NCBI GenBank assembly: GCA_025463465.1
Contig: JAODAO010000274.1
Location: forward strand, 4,097 to 68,096
Direction of reading: 5' to 3'
DNA length: 64,000 nucleotides
Source of the DNA: Glaciihabitans sp.
GTDB lineage: Bacteria; Actinomycetota; Actinomycetes; Actinomycetales; Microbacteriaceae
Part shown: piece by piece, positions 12,760-23,400 of the stretch
How positions within the stretch are numbered: the stretch's first letter is position 1
Layout: each line of letters begins with the position of its first letter
Program-made: the position numbers and the translations under genes
Notes under the pieces: model-generated
Seen by the model: the letters and a program-made list of their open reading frames with translations, nothing else
What the model was told of the DNA's origin: nothing
Databases searched by the model: none

Positions 12760-13986
12760 ATGCCCAGCGCCTTACCCCTTGCCGATCCGGCACCCCGTGA
12801 CGGACTCCTTCCCCTGTCGGTCACCGACGGGGCATCCACCCGAAATTTCGGGGTGTACCTGCACGTGCCCTATTGCCGGGTGCGTTGCGGTTACTGCGAC
12901 TTCAACACCTACACCGCAGACGAACTGCGCGGTGCCAAACGCTCCGACTACGCTGGCCAGGCCATCGACGAGGTGGTGCAGGCGGGAAAGGTGCTCGCTG
13001 CGGCCCAGCTGCCTACGCGTGAAGCATCCACCATCTTCTTCGGCGGCGGAACACCCACCCTGCTTCCCGTAACTGACCTGGCCGCCATGCTGCACTCCGT
13101 CGTCGACACGTTTGGGCTGCAGGCTGGCGCCGAGGTCACTACCGAGGCGAACCCCGATTCCGTGGACCTCGATTACCTGCTCGCCCTCAAAGCCGCCGGC
13201 TTCACCCGGGTGTCCTTCGGTATGCAGTCGGCGGTTCCCCACGTTTTGGCGACGCTTGAGCGAACCCACGACCCCGCCCGAATACCGCTGGTCGTCGGCT
13301 GGGCGCGGCAGGTCGGGCTCCAGGTCAGCCTCGACCTGATCTATGGAACCCCCGGCGAGAGCCTCGACGACTGGCGCACCTCGGTGGAGCACGCCATCGC
13401 GCAGCAGCCCGACCACATCTCCGCCTACGCCCTGATCGTCGAGGACGGCACCAAACTGGCCAGGCAGATTCGCCGGGGCGAGGTTGCGACCCCCGACGAC
13501 GACCTGCAGGCTGACATGTATGAACTGGTGGATGCTGCGCTGGCGGACGCCGGATACTCCTGGTACGAAGTCAGCAACTGGGCTCGCTCTGGCGACTTCC
13601 AGTCACGGCACAACCTCGCATACTGGCAGGGACATGACTGGTGGGGTGTTGGCCCCGGGGCGCACAGCCACGTGGGTGGGGTGCGCTGGTGGAACGTCAA
13701 ACACCCTGCCGCCTACGCCGACCGCATCGCGGCCGGTGACTCACCCGCCGCGGGTCGGGAGACCCTCGATGACGAGACCCGGCGGGTTGAGCGGGTGCTG
13801 CTGATGACGCGTATCCGCGAAGGGCTTCCGACCAGTGACCTCACGCCGGAGGGGCGCGTCGCGGTCGCCGGGCTCATTGCCGACGAACTGGTCACACCGG
13901 GGCCGGCATTGCGTGGCCGCATCGAGCTGACCCTGCGGGGACGCCTGCTGGCGGACGCGGTGGTACGCCGCCTTCTCGACGAGTAG
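12760..13986 (+). CDS. hemW: Radical SAM heme chaperone HemW
   Basis: YLHVPYCRVRCGYCDFN, FFGGGTPT, EANP, YEVSNW...HNLAYW. Confidence 0.95.
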   Translation: MPSALPLADPAPRDGLLPLSVTDGASTRNFGVYLHVPYCRVRCGYCDFNTYTADELRGAKRSDYAGQAIDEVVQAGKVLAAAQLPTREASTIFFGGGTPTLLPVTDLAAMLHSVVDTFGLQAGAEVTTEANPDSVDLDYLLALKAAGFTRVSFGMQSAVPHVLATLERTHDPARIPLVVGWARQVGLQVSLDLIYGTPGESLDDWRTSVEHAIAQQPDHISAYALIVEDGTKLARQIRRGEVATPDDDLQADMYELVDAALADAGYSWYEVSNWARSGDFQSRHNLAYWQGHDWWGVGPGAHSHVGGVRWWNVKHPAAYADRIAAGDSPAAGRETLDDETRRVERVLLMTRIREGLPTSDLTPEGRVAVAGLIADELVTPGPALRGRIELTLRGRLLADAVVRRLLDE

Positions 13987-13998
13987 CAGTGTCTCGTT

Positions 13999-14370
13999 CT
14001 ACTTGATGAACTCGATGGTCAGCGGGTACTTGTAGGTCTGGCCATTGTTCGCGGCCACTGCCGCCAGGATCGAGAACACAATAACGATGATGTACACGGC
14101 CGGCAGGATAAAGAGGCCGATCAGGGCGATCGTGGTGATCGAGCCGATTGCGTAACCGATCAGCGAGGTCAGCTGGAAGTTCAGCGCCGCCGTGGTGTGC
14201 TGGCGGACAAACGGACCGCGATCCTTGAGCAGCAGGTACCCCAGCAGAGCTGGCAGTACCGGAACGAAAATGCCGGCGACGTGGACGAGGGTCGCCCACA
14301 TCTTCTCATCACTCGGGTTCAGCGGCGTGGCCGTTGCGTACGGGTCCTTCGGAGGAGGGGTATCTGACAT
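13999..14370 (-). CDS. DUF4870 domain membrane protein
   Basis: DEKMWATLVH, KDRGPFVR...ALNFQLT, GQTYKYPL. Confidence 0.85.
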   Translation of the reverse strand: MSDTPPPKDPYATATPLNPSDEKMWATLVHVAGIFVPVLPALLGYLLLKDRGPFVRQHTTAALNFQLTSLIGYAIGSITTIALIGLFILPAVYIIVIVFSILAAVAANNGQTYKYPLTIEFIK

Positions 14371-14434
14371 GTTCCCATTATCTTTCAGAGGTCGGGCAAC
14401 GGGGAATGCGCCGGGCGGACGAGTGGCGTGCCGA

Positions 14435-14836
14435 CTACTTGATCAGGCGGAGGGCAAAGGGGTAGCGGTAGGTTCCGCCGCCGTTGACCCGGATGCCGGC
14501 GATGATCGAGAAGACCACATTCGCCAGGTAGAGCAAAAATGGCAGGTTCCCCAGTAGCGACGAGAGCCCGCCGGCGCCGGCGAAGAACAGGATCGTGCCG
14601 AGGATCTGCACCACGATCGACAGGGCGACGGCGGCGATCGCGTAGGTGATCTGGAAGTTCAGCGCCTCCTTGGCCTCCTGGCGGGTCAGGTTCCCGCGGT
14701 CTTTGAAGACCAGGAAAATGACGAGCGACGGGATGAAAAGGAGCACACCGCCAAAGTGGGCGAATGACGCCCACTGTTTGTCTTCTGCGGGGGTCAGAGG
14801 AACAGCGGGGCCAACCGAGGGGGATGAGCCGGACAT
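14435..14836 (-). CDS. DUF4870 domain membrane protein (tandem paralogue)
   Basis: EDKQWASFAH, KDRG...EALNFQIT, GGTYRYPF. RBS GAAAGGAA before the ATG at 14836. Confidence 0.85.
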   Translation of the reverse strand: MSGSSPSVGPAVPLTPAEDKQWASFAHFGGVLLFIPSLVIFLVFKDRGNLTRQEAKEALNFQITYAIAAVALSIVVQILGTILFFAGAGGLSSLLGNLPFLLYLANVVFSIIAGIRVNGGGTYRYPFALRLIK

Positions 14837-14937
14837 GGTGACTTTCCTTTCGAGGGCAGCGCGAGGACCGTGCGTGGACAAAGTAGCGTCTACTGGCTGC
14901 CGCGTGCAACGAAAAACTTCGGGTCGTCACGATAGAA

Positions 14938-14964
14938 TTAGCAGTCACAATCCACGAGTGCCAA
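14938..14964 (+). promoter_or_regulatory. CIRCE operator (HrcA binding site)
   Basis: TTAGCAGTC-N9-GAGTGCCAA versus consensus TTAGCACTC-N9-GAGTGCTAA; directly follows a -10-like TAGAAT (14933-14938) upstream of hrcA. Confidence 0.88.
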
Positions 14965-14985
14965 GAATTGAGAGGAGCGTCTCGT

Positions 14986-16026
14986 ATGGTTTCGGAACGC
15001 GGACTCGATGTTCTCCGAGTGATCGTCCAGGACTACGTCGCCTCTCGCGAACCGGTCGGCTCCAAATCGATTGTGGAACGTCACTCCTTCGGGGTGTCTG
15101 CTGCAACGATCCGCAACGACATGGCTCTCCTCGAAGAAGAGGAACTGATCGTCGCGCCCCACACGTCATCCGGCCGGGTGCCAACGGACAAGGGGTATCG
15201 CCTCTTCGTTGACCAGCTCGCCGACCTGCGACCCCTCACCGGTGCCCAGCGCCACGCCATCGAGGCCTTCCTCGACCAGTCGATCGACCTCGACGACGTG
15301 ATGGCCAGGACCGTACGCCTGCTCTCGCAGTTGACCAACCAGGTCGCCCTGGTGCAATACCCGTCGCTGGCTCGTTCGCGTGTTCGTCACATCGAACTTG
15401 TTCCCCTCAGCTCCACCAGGGTGATGACCGTTTTTATTACCGACAGCGGGCGGGTGGAACAGCGGATGCTGGATGTCGCCGCCCCCCTCGACGAGGCGTT
15501 TGTCAGCGAGTTGCGCACGCGGCTGAATGCCACGCTGGTCGGTCTTGGCCTTGCCGAGGCAGCAACGATGCTGGTGACCCTTCCGGAGCAGTTCGTTCCC
15601 CAGCAGCAGCCGATCGTTCGCCTGGTTGTCTCGAGCCTGATCGAACAGGTCGCAGCCAACCGGCAGGACAAGCTGGTCATGGCGGGTACGGCGAACCTGG
15701 TGCGCACCGAAGACGACTTCGCCGGCAGCATCTACCCGGTTCTCGAGGCGATCGAGGAACAGGTTACGCTTTTGAGACTGTTCAGCGAGATGGCGGTCGA
15801 CCAGCACGGTGTGCCGTTGAATCACGGTGTCTCCGTCAGCATCGGACGCGAAAATGCAGAATTCGGCCTGGGCGAGACATCCGTCTTGACCAGCGGATAC
15901 GGGGCTTCCGGTGGAAGCCTCGCACGACTTGGCGTATTGGGACCAATACGCATGGACTACTCGAACAACATGGCCGCGGTACGGGCAGTAGCCCGTTACC
16001 TGACGCGGCTGCTCGGTGAGGAATAA
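14986..16026 (+). CDS. hrcA: Heat-inducible transcription repressor HrcA
   Basis: EPVGSK...VSAATIRNDM...PHTSSGRVPTDKGYR, LGPIRMDY. Confidence 0.97.
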   Translation: MVSERGLDVLRVIVQDYVASREPVGSKSIVERHSFGVSAATIRNDMALLEEEELIVAPHTSSGRVPTDKGYRLFVDQLADLRPLTGAQRHAIEAFLDQSIDLDDVMARTVRLLSQLTNQVALVQYPSLARSRVRHIELVPLSSTRVMTVFITDSGRVEQRMLDVAAPLDEAFVSELRTRLNATLVGLGLAEAATMLVTLPEQFVPQQQPIVRLVVSSLIEQVAANRQDKLVMAGTANLVRTEDDFAGSIYPVLEAIEEQVTLLRLFSEMAVDQHGVPLNHGVSVSIGRENAEFGLGETSVLTSGYGASGGSLARLGVLGPIRMDYSNNMAAVRAVARYLTRLLGEE

Positions 16027-17133
16027 GTGGCAGACCATTACGAAGTACTCGGCGTTTAACGAAACGCCACCCCTGACGAGATCAAGAAGGCGTACCGCCG
16101 ACTTGCCCGGGAACTCCACCCGGACGTCAACCCGAACCCGGAGGCGTCCGACCAGTTCAAGCTGGTCACCCACGCCTACGACGTACTGAGCGATCCGCAG
16201 GCACGCCAGCAGTACGACATCGGACCCCAGCCCGGCTTCGGCGGCAACGGCGGCGGGTTCGGCGGCTTCGGCGACATCTTCGAGACATTCTTCGGAGGCG
16301 GCGGTCAAAGCCGCGGCCCCCGTTCCCGCCGCGAGCGAGGCCAGGACGCCCTGGTGCGCGTCGAGATGGAACTCGACGAGATCATCTTCGGCAGCACCCG
16401 CGATATCGAGGTGAACACAGCGATCCTCTGCGAGACGTGTAACGGAAGCTGCTGCGCACCCGGCACCTCGCCCGCCACCTGTGACATCTGCCGCGGTAGC
16501 GGCCAGATCCAGCGTGCCGTGCGCAGCCTGCTCGGAAACGTGATGACCTCCAGCCCCTGTGGCACCTGCCGCGGCTACGGAACCGTAATCCCGCACCCGT
16601 GCCCCACCTGCCAGGGACAGGGCCGCGTCCGCGCTGCCCGCACTATTTCGGTCGACATCCCCGCCGGTGTTGACACCGGCCTGCGCCTGCAGATGCCGTC
16701 CCAGGGTGAAGTCGGCCCCGCCGGCGGCCCCCAGGGTGACCTGTACCTCGAGATCAAGGTGCGCCACCACGACACCTTCAGCCGTAACGGCGACGACCTG
16801 CTCGCCACCCTGGAAATTCAGATGACGGACGCGATCCTCGGCACAACGGCGACGTTGAAGACACTGGACGGCGAAGTGGTCCTCGATATCAAGCCGGGCA
16901 TCCAAAGCGCCGAGGTCTTGACGGTGAAGGACCGCGGTATCACGCGCCTGCGCGGCGGTGGTCGCGGTGACCTCAAGATTGGTGTGCAGGTGGTCACCCC
17001 CACCAAGCTCAACCACAAGGAACAGAACCTCATCAAGGAACTGGCGAAGTCGCAGCGGGCGGTGTCACCACACCTGTCCCACTTCCAGCAGGGACTGTTC
17101 GCAAAGCTCCGTGATCGCTTTATGAACGTCTGA
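16027..17133 (+). pseudogene. dnaJ: Molecular chaperone DnaJ (DnaJ2 type) with in-frame TAA at codon 11
   Basis: GTG 16027 gives [35 protein letters not shown] at 16057-16059. The J-domain HPD, G/F region, CxxCxGxG-type repeats and CTD are otherwise intact in the same frame. Confidence 0.85.
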
Positions 17134-17144
17134 GGTTTCGCTTA

Positions 17145-17873
17145 ATGGCACATTTTTACCTCAATGAGTCGCTGGCCTCCGTCGAGGTCGGCGCACTCGT
17201 CGAGTTGACCGGAACCGAGGCACGCCACGCGGTGACGGTCAGCCGGGTGGCGTCGGGGGAGACTCTCGTTATCGGAAATGGTGCGGGACTGGTTGTCACC
17301 GGCATCGTCACCGCTGCTGAACCCACCCGGCTCGCGCTGACGGTGACGACGGTTGTCTCGACCGCTGCCGCGTCCCCGGGAATCTGGTTGGCGCAGGCTT
17401 TGGCGAAAGGCGATCGGGACGAGATGGCGGTCCAGGCCGCAACCGAACTCGGCATCGACGGTGTCATCCCCTGGTCGGCGTCCCGCAGCATCTCCCGTTG
17501 GGAGGGGGCGAAGGTGGCAAAGGGCCGGCAGCGTTGGGCGGCCATCGCGCGCGAAGCCACCAAACAATCGATCAGGCCCTGGCTCCCCGAGGTCGGTGAG
17601 GTGGTTTCCACCAAACAACTGGCCATCCTCGCCGCCTCCACCCAGATGTTGGTGCTTCACCCGGAAGGCGTCGCGTCGCTGGCGACTATCGAACCTGACG
17701 GCCGCGACGTTGTTGTGGTTGTTGGCCCCGAGGGAGGCATCTCCCCGGCAGAGCTTGATCTTCTCTCCTCCGCCGGCGCCACGGCGGTGCGGCTCGGCGA
17801 TAATGTGCTTCGCACTTCCACCGCCGGCCCCGCCGCAGTCGCTGTGCTGAGCGCGAAACTCGGCCGATGGTGA
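17145..17873 (+). CDS. rsmE: 16S rRNA m3U1498 methyltransferase
   Basis: QALAKGDR...ATELG, EATKQS, VVGPEGG, LGDNVLRTSTAG. Confidence 0.96.
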   Translation: MAHFYLNESLASVEVGALVELTGTEARHAVTVSRVASGETLVIGNGAGLVVTGIVTAAEPTRLALTVTTVVSTAAASPGIWLAQALAKGDRDEMAVQAATELGIDGVIPWSASRSISRWEGAKVAKGRQRWAAIAREATKQSIRPWLPEVGEVVSTKQLAILAASTQMLVLHPEGVASLATIEPDGRDVVVVVGPEGGISPAELDLLSSAGATAVRLGDNVLRTSTAGPAAVAVLSAKLGRW

Positions 17874-17897
17874 CCACCAATGTCCTACGCTAAGCAG

Positions 17898-18251
17898 ATG
17901 GTTAACAGCGAACCGTCCCTCTTCAGCCGCATCGTCTCGCGCGAAATCCCGGCGGACATCGTCTTCGAAAACGACCGCGTCATTGCCTTCAACGACATAG
18001 CTCCCCAGGCCGCCGTCCATGTTCTCGTTGTGCCCAAAACGGAGCAATACAAAAACGTCGCCGAGCTGGCCGCAGCGGACCCTGGGCTCCTCGCCGAATT
18101 GGTCGCCACCGCCAACAATCTGGCAGGCGAGCTCTCCAACGGCGAGTTCCGGCTGGTCTTTAACAGCGGAGCCAGCGTTGGCCAGACCGTTTTCCATGTT
18201 CATGCCCACGTGATCAGCGGTGCGCTGGTGGAAGGTTCTCTTGCCAAATAG
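17898..18251 (+). CDS. HIT (histidine triad) nucleotide-binding protein
   Basis: FNDIAPQAAVHVLVVPK, GQTVFHVHAHV. Alternative start at 17880. Confidence 0.92.
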   Translation: MVNSEPSLFSRIVSREIPADIVFENDRVIAFNDIAPQAAVHVLVVPKTEQYKNVAELAAADPGLLAELVATANNLAGELSNGEFRLVFNSGASVGQTVFHVHAHVISGALVEGSLAK

Positions 18252-19350
18252 CGACAACACGGCCGTCCCCGGTTTCGAGGAGGAACGGCTGGATATCCTC
18301 GTCGACGGTGTTGCAATGGTGCGTCTTCTCGGACCGCAGGACCGTCTGCTCAAAACAATCGAACGGCAATACCCGCAGGTGCGGGTCGTGACCCGGGGCA
18401 ACGAAATCACCCTGAGCGGCGAAAGCAGCCAGGTTCTAGCAGCCAGTCAACTGGTTGAGGAGTTGGTGCAGATGGTGCGAAACGGCGCCGAACTGGAAAC
18501 ATCGGACGTCACGTCGTCCGCAGCCATCCTGGAATCCGGCGCGGGAAGTCCATCTGACCTACTCGGCCAGCCCATTCTCACCAGCCGTGGAAAGACGATC
18601 CGGGCAAAAACGCTCGGCCAGCGTGAGTACGTCGACGCCATGGACCAGTTCACGATCGTTTTCGGCATCGGCCCCGCCGGAACCGGCAAAACCTACCTCG
18701 CAATGGCGAAGGCGGTGCAGGCTCTTCAGCGCAAAGAGGTCGAGCGCATCATCCTCACCCGCCCTGCCGTCGAAGCCGGCGAGCGGCTCGGATTTCTGCC
18801 GGGTACCCTCACCGACAAGATCGACCCATACCTTCGTCCGCTCTACGACGCGCTGAACGAGATGATGGACCCGGAGGTCGTGCCGAAGCTGCTCGCCGCC
18901 GGCACCATCGAGGTTGCTCCGCTGGCCTACATGCGTGGGCGAACCCTGAACAATGCGTTCATCGTTTTGGACGAAGCCCAGAACACCACTCCAGAACAGA
19001 TGAAGATGTTCCTCACCCGACTCGGCTTCGGGTCGAGAATGATCGTCACCGGCGACGTCACGCAGATCGACCTTCCCACGGGAGCCAGCGGACTGCAGCT
19101 GGTAACGCGGGTGCTCGACCAGATTGACGACATTCACTTCGCCCGTCTGACCAGCGCCGACGTCGTCCGTCACACCCTCGTGGGGCAGATCGTCGACGCG
19201 TACACCACATACGATGCAGAACGCCAGGCCGCCCGCTACGAACGGGAGAACGGCGAGGCACACGACCCCAACCGCGCGGAACGTCGCGGTCATGCACCGA
19301 CAGACAGCCAGCGGCCAACACGACCAGATAACAAAAGGTGGGGTCGCTAA
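18241..19350 (+). CDS. phoH: PhoH family ATPase
   Basis: [40 protein letters not shown]. Start (TTG) approximate. Confidence 0.95.
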   Translation: MPNSDNTAVPGFEEERLDILVDGVAMVRLLGPQDRLLKTIERQYPQVRVVTRGNEITLSGESSQVLAASQLVEELVQMVRNGAELETSDVTSSAAILESGAGSPSDLLGQPILTSRGKTIRAKTLGQREYVDAMDQFTIVFGIGPAGTGKTYLAMAKAVQALQRKEVERIILTRPAVEAGERLGFLPGTLTDKIDPYLRPLYDALNEMMDPEVVPKLLAAGTIEVAPLAYMRGRTLNNAFIVLDEAQNTTPEQMKMFLTRLGFGSRMIVTGDVTQIDLPTGASGLQLVTRVLDQIDDIHFARLTSADVVRHTLVGQIVDAYTTYDAERQAARYERENGEAHDPNRAERRGHAPTDSQRPTRPDNKRWGR

Positions 19351-19811
19351 TGTCGATCGAAATCAACAACGAATCCACGATCGAGGTGGATGAAGCGGCA
19401 ATCCAGCGTCTCGTCAGCTTCAACCTCGACCAACTGCACGTGCATCCCGACGCCGAACTGGCCATCGTGCTGGTCGACGAAGCAGCGATGGAGCAGCTTC
19501 ACGTGCAGTGGATGGATGAGCCGGGTCCCACCGACGTGCTCAGCTTCCCCATGGACGAACTTCGCCCCGGTACGGAAGACGCTCCCACCGAGGCCGGACT
19601 GCTCGGTGACATCGTGCTCTGCCCCCAGGTTGCCGTCGCACAGGCGGAAACGGCCGGTCACAGCACCCTCGAGGAATTGTTCCTGCTGACCACCCACGGT
19701 CTGCTCCACCTGCTCGGGTTCGACCACGCCGAACCCGATGACGAAAAGGAGATGTTCGGCCTCCAGCGCGACCTCCTCGTCGGCTTCGCCATGGCAGAGC
19801 GCAGACGGTAA
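19350..19811 (+). CDS. ybeY: rRNA maturation RNase YbeY
   Basis: [26 protein letters not shown]. Confidence 0.96.
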   Translation: MSIEINNESTIEVDEAAIQRLVSFNLDQLHVHPDAELAIVLVDEAAMEQLHVQWMDEPGPTDVLSFPMDELRPGTEDAPTEAGLLGDIVLCPQVAVAQAETAGHSTLEELFLLTTHGLLHLLGFDHAEPDDEKEMFGLQRDLLVGFAMAERRR

Positions 19812-19822
19812 ACGAGTCAACG

Positions 19823-21124
19823 ATGATCACGATTTTCGTCAGCGTCGCCGTGGTCCTCGTAGTTTTCGGTGGCCTCCTGGCCGCTTCGGACTCCGCCCTG
19901 CAGGTGCTCTCCCGCACCGATCTGGTCGATATGGCCGCCCAGAGCCGCTCACGTCGGTCACTCCTCGCGATCGCCGATGACCTCGGCGCGCACATCAACG
20001 CGTTGAACTTCATGCGGGTGGTGTCAGAGACAACGGCCGCCGTGTTGATCTCCCTCGCCTTCGCGTACTCCTTCGACCGGTGGTGGTTGGCTCTGCTGTT
20101 CAGCGCGCTGCTGATGACCGCCGTGTCCTTTGTGCTCGTAGGCTCCAGCCCCCGCAGCGTTGGGCGCGCCCACTCTCGGGCGATCATCCGGTTCGCCGCA
20201 GGAACAATCCGCGCCATCCGCCTCTTCCTCGGCCCCATCGCCAACGCGCTGGTCGCGATCGGAAACCGGGTCACCCCTGGTCGACCCAAAAATGCGACCT
20301 TCTCCAGTGAAGAACAACTGCTGAGCATGGTCGACGAGGCTACAGAGTTGGATGTCCTCGAGGAGAGTGACCGCGAGCTCATCCACTCCATCTTCGAATT
20401 CAACGAGACGGTGGTGCGCGAGGTGATGATCCCTCGCACGGACATGATCACCGTCGACGGCGACGACACCCTCGGTACCGCGATGGGATTGTTCCTCAGC
20501 CGCGGTGTGTCACGGATGCCCGTCCTTGGCGAAGACATCGACGACGTGCTCGGCATCCTCTACCTCCGCGACGTCGCCCGGCTCACCTACGAGAGAACGT
20601 CCGAAGCGGAATCCACCACCGCCGCCGAGCTGGTGCGGCCAGCACTGTTTGTCCCCGAGTCGAAAAAAGCCGACGACACCATGCGCCAGATGCAGCTGGA
20701 ATCCAACCACCTGGCGATGGTGGTCGACGAATATGGCGGGATCGCGGGTTTGGTTACCCTGGAAGACCTCATCGAGGAACTGGTGGGCGATATCTCTGAC
20801 GAGTACGACCGCGAGGTCGCGGACTTCGAAGAAATCACCCCCGGCCGATTCCGCGTGAACGCTCGGATGCCCGTTGACGAACTCGGCGACCTGTTCGGCC
20901 TCGAACTGACCGACGACGAGGTCGACTCGGTTGGTGGGCTCTTATCCAAAACGCTCGGTCGCCTGCCGATCGCCGGCTCGAGTGCACAAACCTCCGGATT
21001 GGTACTGACCGCTGAGCGCACCGAGGGCCGCCGCAAACGGGTCAGCACCGTGCTGGTGGAACGTGACCAGAACCTAATTGACGTACAGTCGGCCTTCGGG
21101 TCCGACAGAGACACCGACGAGTGA
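19823..21124 (+). CDS. Hemolysin family / HlyC-CorC transporter (DUF21-CBS-CorC)
   Basis: TM N-terminus, VREVMIPRTDM, SRMPV, VVDEYGGIAGLVTLEDLIEELVGDI. Confidence 0.92.
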   Translation: MITIFVSVAVVLVVFGGLLAASDSALQVLSRTDLVDMAAQSRSRRSLLAIADDLGAHINALNFMRVVSETTAAVLISLAFAYSFDRWWLALLFSALLMTAVSFVLVGSSPRSVGRAHSRAIIRFAAGTIRAIRLFLGPIANALVAIGNRVTPGRPKNATFSSEEQLLSMVDEATELDVLEESDRELIHSIFEFNETVVREVMIPRTDMITVDGDDTLGTAMGLFLSRGVSRMPVLGEDIDDVLGILYLRDVARLTYERTSEAESTTAAELVRPALFVPESKKADDTMRQMQLESNHLAMVVDEYGGIAGLVTLEDLIEELVGDISDEYDREVADFEEITPGRFRVNARMPVDELGDLFGLELTDDEVDSVGGLLSKTLGRLPIAGSSAQTSGLVLTAERTEGRRKRVSTVLVERDQNLIDVQSAFGSDRDTDE

Positions 21125-21174
21125 GCGCCGCATTGCCAGGCAGCCACGACGAACAACCAAAGGAAACACACACA

Positions 21175-22083
21175 ATGCCTACCTCTGACGCCGACAACGC
21201 CTTCCGGGCAGGATTTGTGAGTTTCGTTGGTCGCCCCAACGTGGGAAAGTCGACCCTCACCAACGCGCTGGTGGGGGAGAAGGTGGCCATCACCTCGTCC
21301 AAACCACAGACCACCCGCCGTGCCATCCGCGGCATCATGCACCAGAGTGACGGGCAGCTGATCCTCGTCGACACCCCCGGTATGCACCGCCCGCGCACCC
21401 TCCTTGGTGAGCGCCTCAACACCATCGTGCAGAACACCCTGGCCGACGTCGACGTGGTTGGCTTCTGCATCCCGGCGAATGAGAAGATCGGGCCCGGCGA
21501 CAAGTACATCAACGAACAGCTCGACAGCTTCCCGCGGGCGAAGAAGGTGGCGATCGTGACCAAGATCGATGCCGCATCCCGCCCCGCCGTAGCCCAACAG
21601 CTGCTCGCCGTCAGCGAATTGCGCGACTGGGAGGCGATCATCCCGATCTCCTCGACCAGTCGGATCCAGCTCGACACCCTCGCCACCCAGCTCATCCGGC
21701 TAATGCCCCTGTCGCAGGCCCTCTACCCGTCCGATGCGGTGACGGACGAGGGAATCGAGGCCCGGGTCAGCGAACTCATCCGTGAGGCCGTGCTCGAGGG
21801 CGTCGAGGACGAGCTACCCCATTCGATCGCCGTCACCATCGACGACATGGTCGAACGCGACGACAAGGACCTCCTGGAGATCTACGCGAACCTCTTTGTT
21901 GAGCGGGACAGCCAGAAGGGCATCATCATCGGCCACAAGGGCGAGCGGCTGCAGGACGTCGGAGCCCGCGCCCGCGCCCAGATCGAGAAACTGGTCGGCA
22001 AGCAGGTCTTCCTCTCGATCCGGGTGAAGGTGGCAAAGGACTGGCAGCGCGACCCGAAGCAGCTCGGCCGCCTCGGGTTCTAA
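21175..22083 (+). CDS. era: GTPase Era
   Basis: GRPNVGKSTL, PQTTR, DTPG, TKID, ELPHS, SQKGIIIG. Alternative start GTG 21121. Confidence 0.97.
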   Translation: MPTSDADNAFRAGFVSFVGRPNVGKSTLTNALVGEKVAITSSKPQTTRRAIRGIMHQSDGQLILVDTPGMHRPRTLLGERLNTIVQNTLADVDVVGFCIPANEKIGPGDKYINEQLDSFPRAKKVAIVTKIDAASRPAVAQQLLAVSELRDWEAIIPISSTSRIQLDTLATQLIRLMPLSQALYPSDAVTDEGIEARVSELIREAVLEGVEDELPHSIAVTIDDMVERDDKDLLEIYANLFVERDSQKGIIIGHKGERLQDVGARARAQIEKLVGKQVFLSIRVKVAKDWQRDPKQLGRLGF

Positions 22084-22200
22084 ACACCGCATAATCCTCT
22101 GATTCCGCGGTGTCCTCCTCGGGCACCGCGGCATACATCGGGAGGATGACTTTCGGAAACTGATCGTGCCGGGGGCGCGTGCTGGCCCTACCGTGTACCT

Positions 22201-23400
22201 ATGTTCCGATTTCTCCGCCCGTACCAACTGGTGATCGACGCCGTTGTCGCCGTCTTTTTCTTTTACGGGGTTTTCACGCTGTCAACCGGCAGCAGTGCGG
22301 AATATTTGCTCGCCGCTTCGCTCGCAGTTGCCCTGCTGTTGCGGCGCCTGTCACCCGGGGTCGCCCTCGCGCTGTGCTGGGCGGCCGCCTGCGCCCAAAT
22401 GTATCAAGCGGGGCTGCAGCCCAACCTCGCCGACTTCGCGATCCTCGCCGTGCTGTTCTCCACGTCCGCCTACGGCGGACGGGTCATCAAATGGCTGGGA
22501 CTCGCCTCGGTCGGCCTTGGCGCGATCCTCGGAAGCACCTTCCTGGTGCTTACCGGCGGTTCGTATCAGTTCGGGTTCAACCTTAACTCTGACAACGTGA
22601 ATGGGATCGCCGGGCTCACGCTCCAGCTGGTGTTCCTTTTCGTTGCGATGCTGGTGCTGCTCGGTATGCCGTGGACACTCGGACTTCTCGTGCGGACGAG
22701 GATGGCCGCGCGCGCCAGCCGGGAGGCTGAAGTGGCGGCGCAGCTCGAGGCGGAACGTGCGGAGCAGGACGTCATCGTTGAGCAGGAACGAACCAGGATC
22801 GCCCGGGACATGCACGACGTTGTGGCCCATTCCCTCGCCGTGGTGATCGCCCAGGCGGACGGTGCCAGGTACGCGCGTGAGGGAGACCCTGCCGCCGTCG
22901 ACGGCGCCCTCACGGCGATATCCACCACGGCACGCGATGCCCTCGCGGATGTTCGCCTCCTCCTCGGCCAGCTGCGCCACAACCAGGGCGAGGGGCCACA
23001 GCCCGACCTGGAAGACCTTGAACGACTCCTGACGCAGCTGCGCTCCTCGGGGCTCGTCATCGGCGACTCGACCGAGGGGACACCGCTTCAACTCGGGCTG
23101 GGCCCGCAGCTGGCGATTTACAGAATTGTCCAGGAAGCCCTCACCAATGTCCTGCGGCACGGGGATGTGACGCAGGAGGTCTGCGTCCGCTTCCGCTGGA
23201 CACCAACCGACCTGGAGGTCACTATCACAAGCTCGCTTAAGGCATCAGCCCACACTGCCGAACTCCGGCTCGGTCACGGGTTGGCGGGGATGCGCGAGCG
23301 TGCAACGCTCGCAGGCGGGCGCCTCAGCGCCGAGCCCATCGGGGAGACATTCGTTGTCGCCGCGTCCGTGCCGGCCGCCGGGATCGCGGTGCGCGCATGA
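22201..23400 (+). CDS. Membrane sensor histidine kinase (HisKA_3)
   Basis: Multiple TM helices, ERTRIARDMHDVVAHSL, RIVQEALTNVLRH, GHGLAGMRER. Confidence 0.93.
   Translation: MFRFLRPYQLVIDAVVAVFFFYGVFTLSTGSSAEYLLAASLAVALLLRRLSPGVALALCWAAACAQMYQAGLQPNLADFAILAVLFSTSAYGGRVIKWLGLASVGLGAILGSTFLVLTGGSYQFGFNLNSDNVNGIAGLTLQLVFLFVAMLVLLGMPWTLGLLVRTRMAARASREAEVAAQLEAERAEQDVIVEQERTRIARDMHDVVAHSLAVVIAQADGARYAREGDPAAVDGALTAISTTARDALADVRLLLGQLRHNQGEGPQPDLEDLERLLTQLRSSGLVIGDSTEGTPLQLGLGPQLAIYRIVQEALTNVLRHGDVTQEVCVRFRWTPTDLEVTITSSLKASAHTAELRLGHGLAGMRERATLAGGRLSAEPIGETFVVAASVPAAGIAVRA

Noticed and set aside
16057-16059. TAA reassignment or alternative genetic code
   Set aside because: Many intact genes in the window terminate at TAA; only one internal case.
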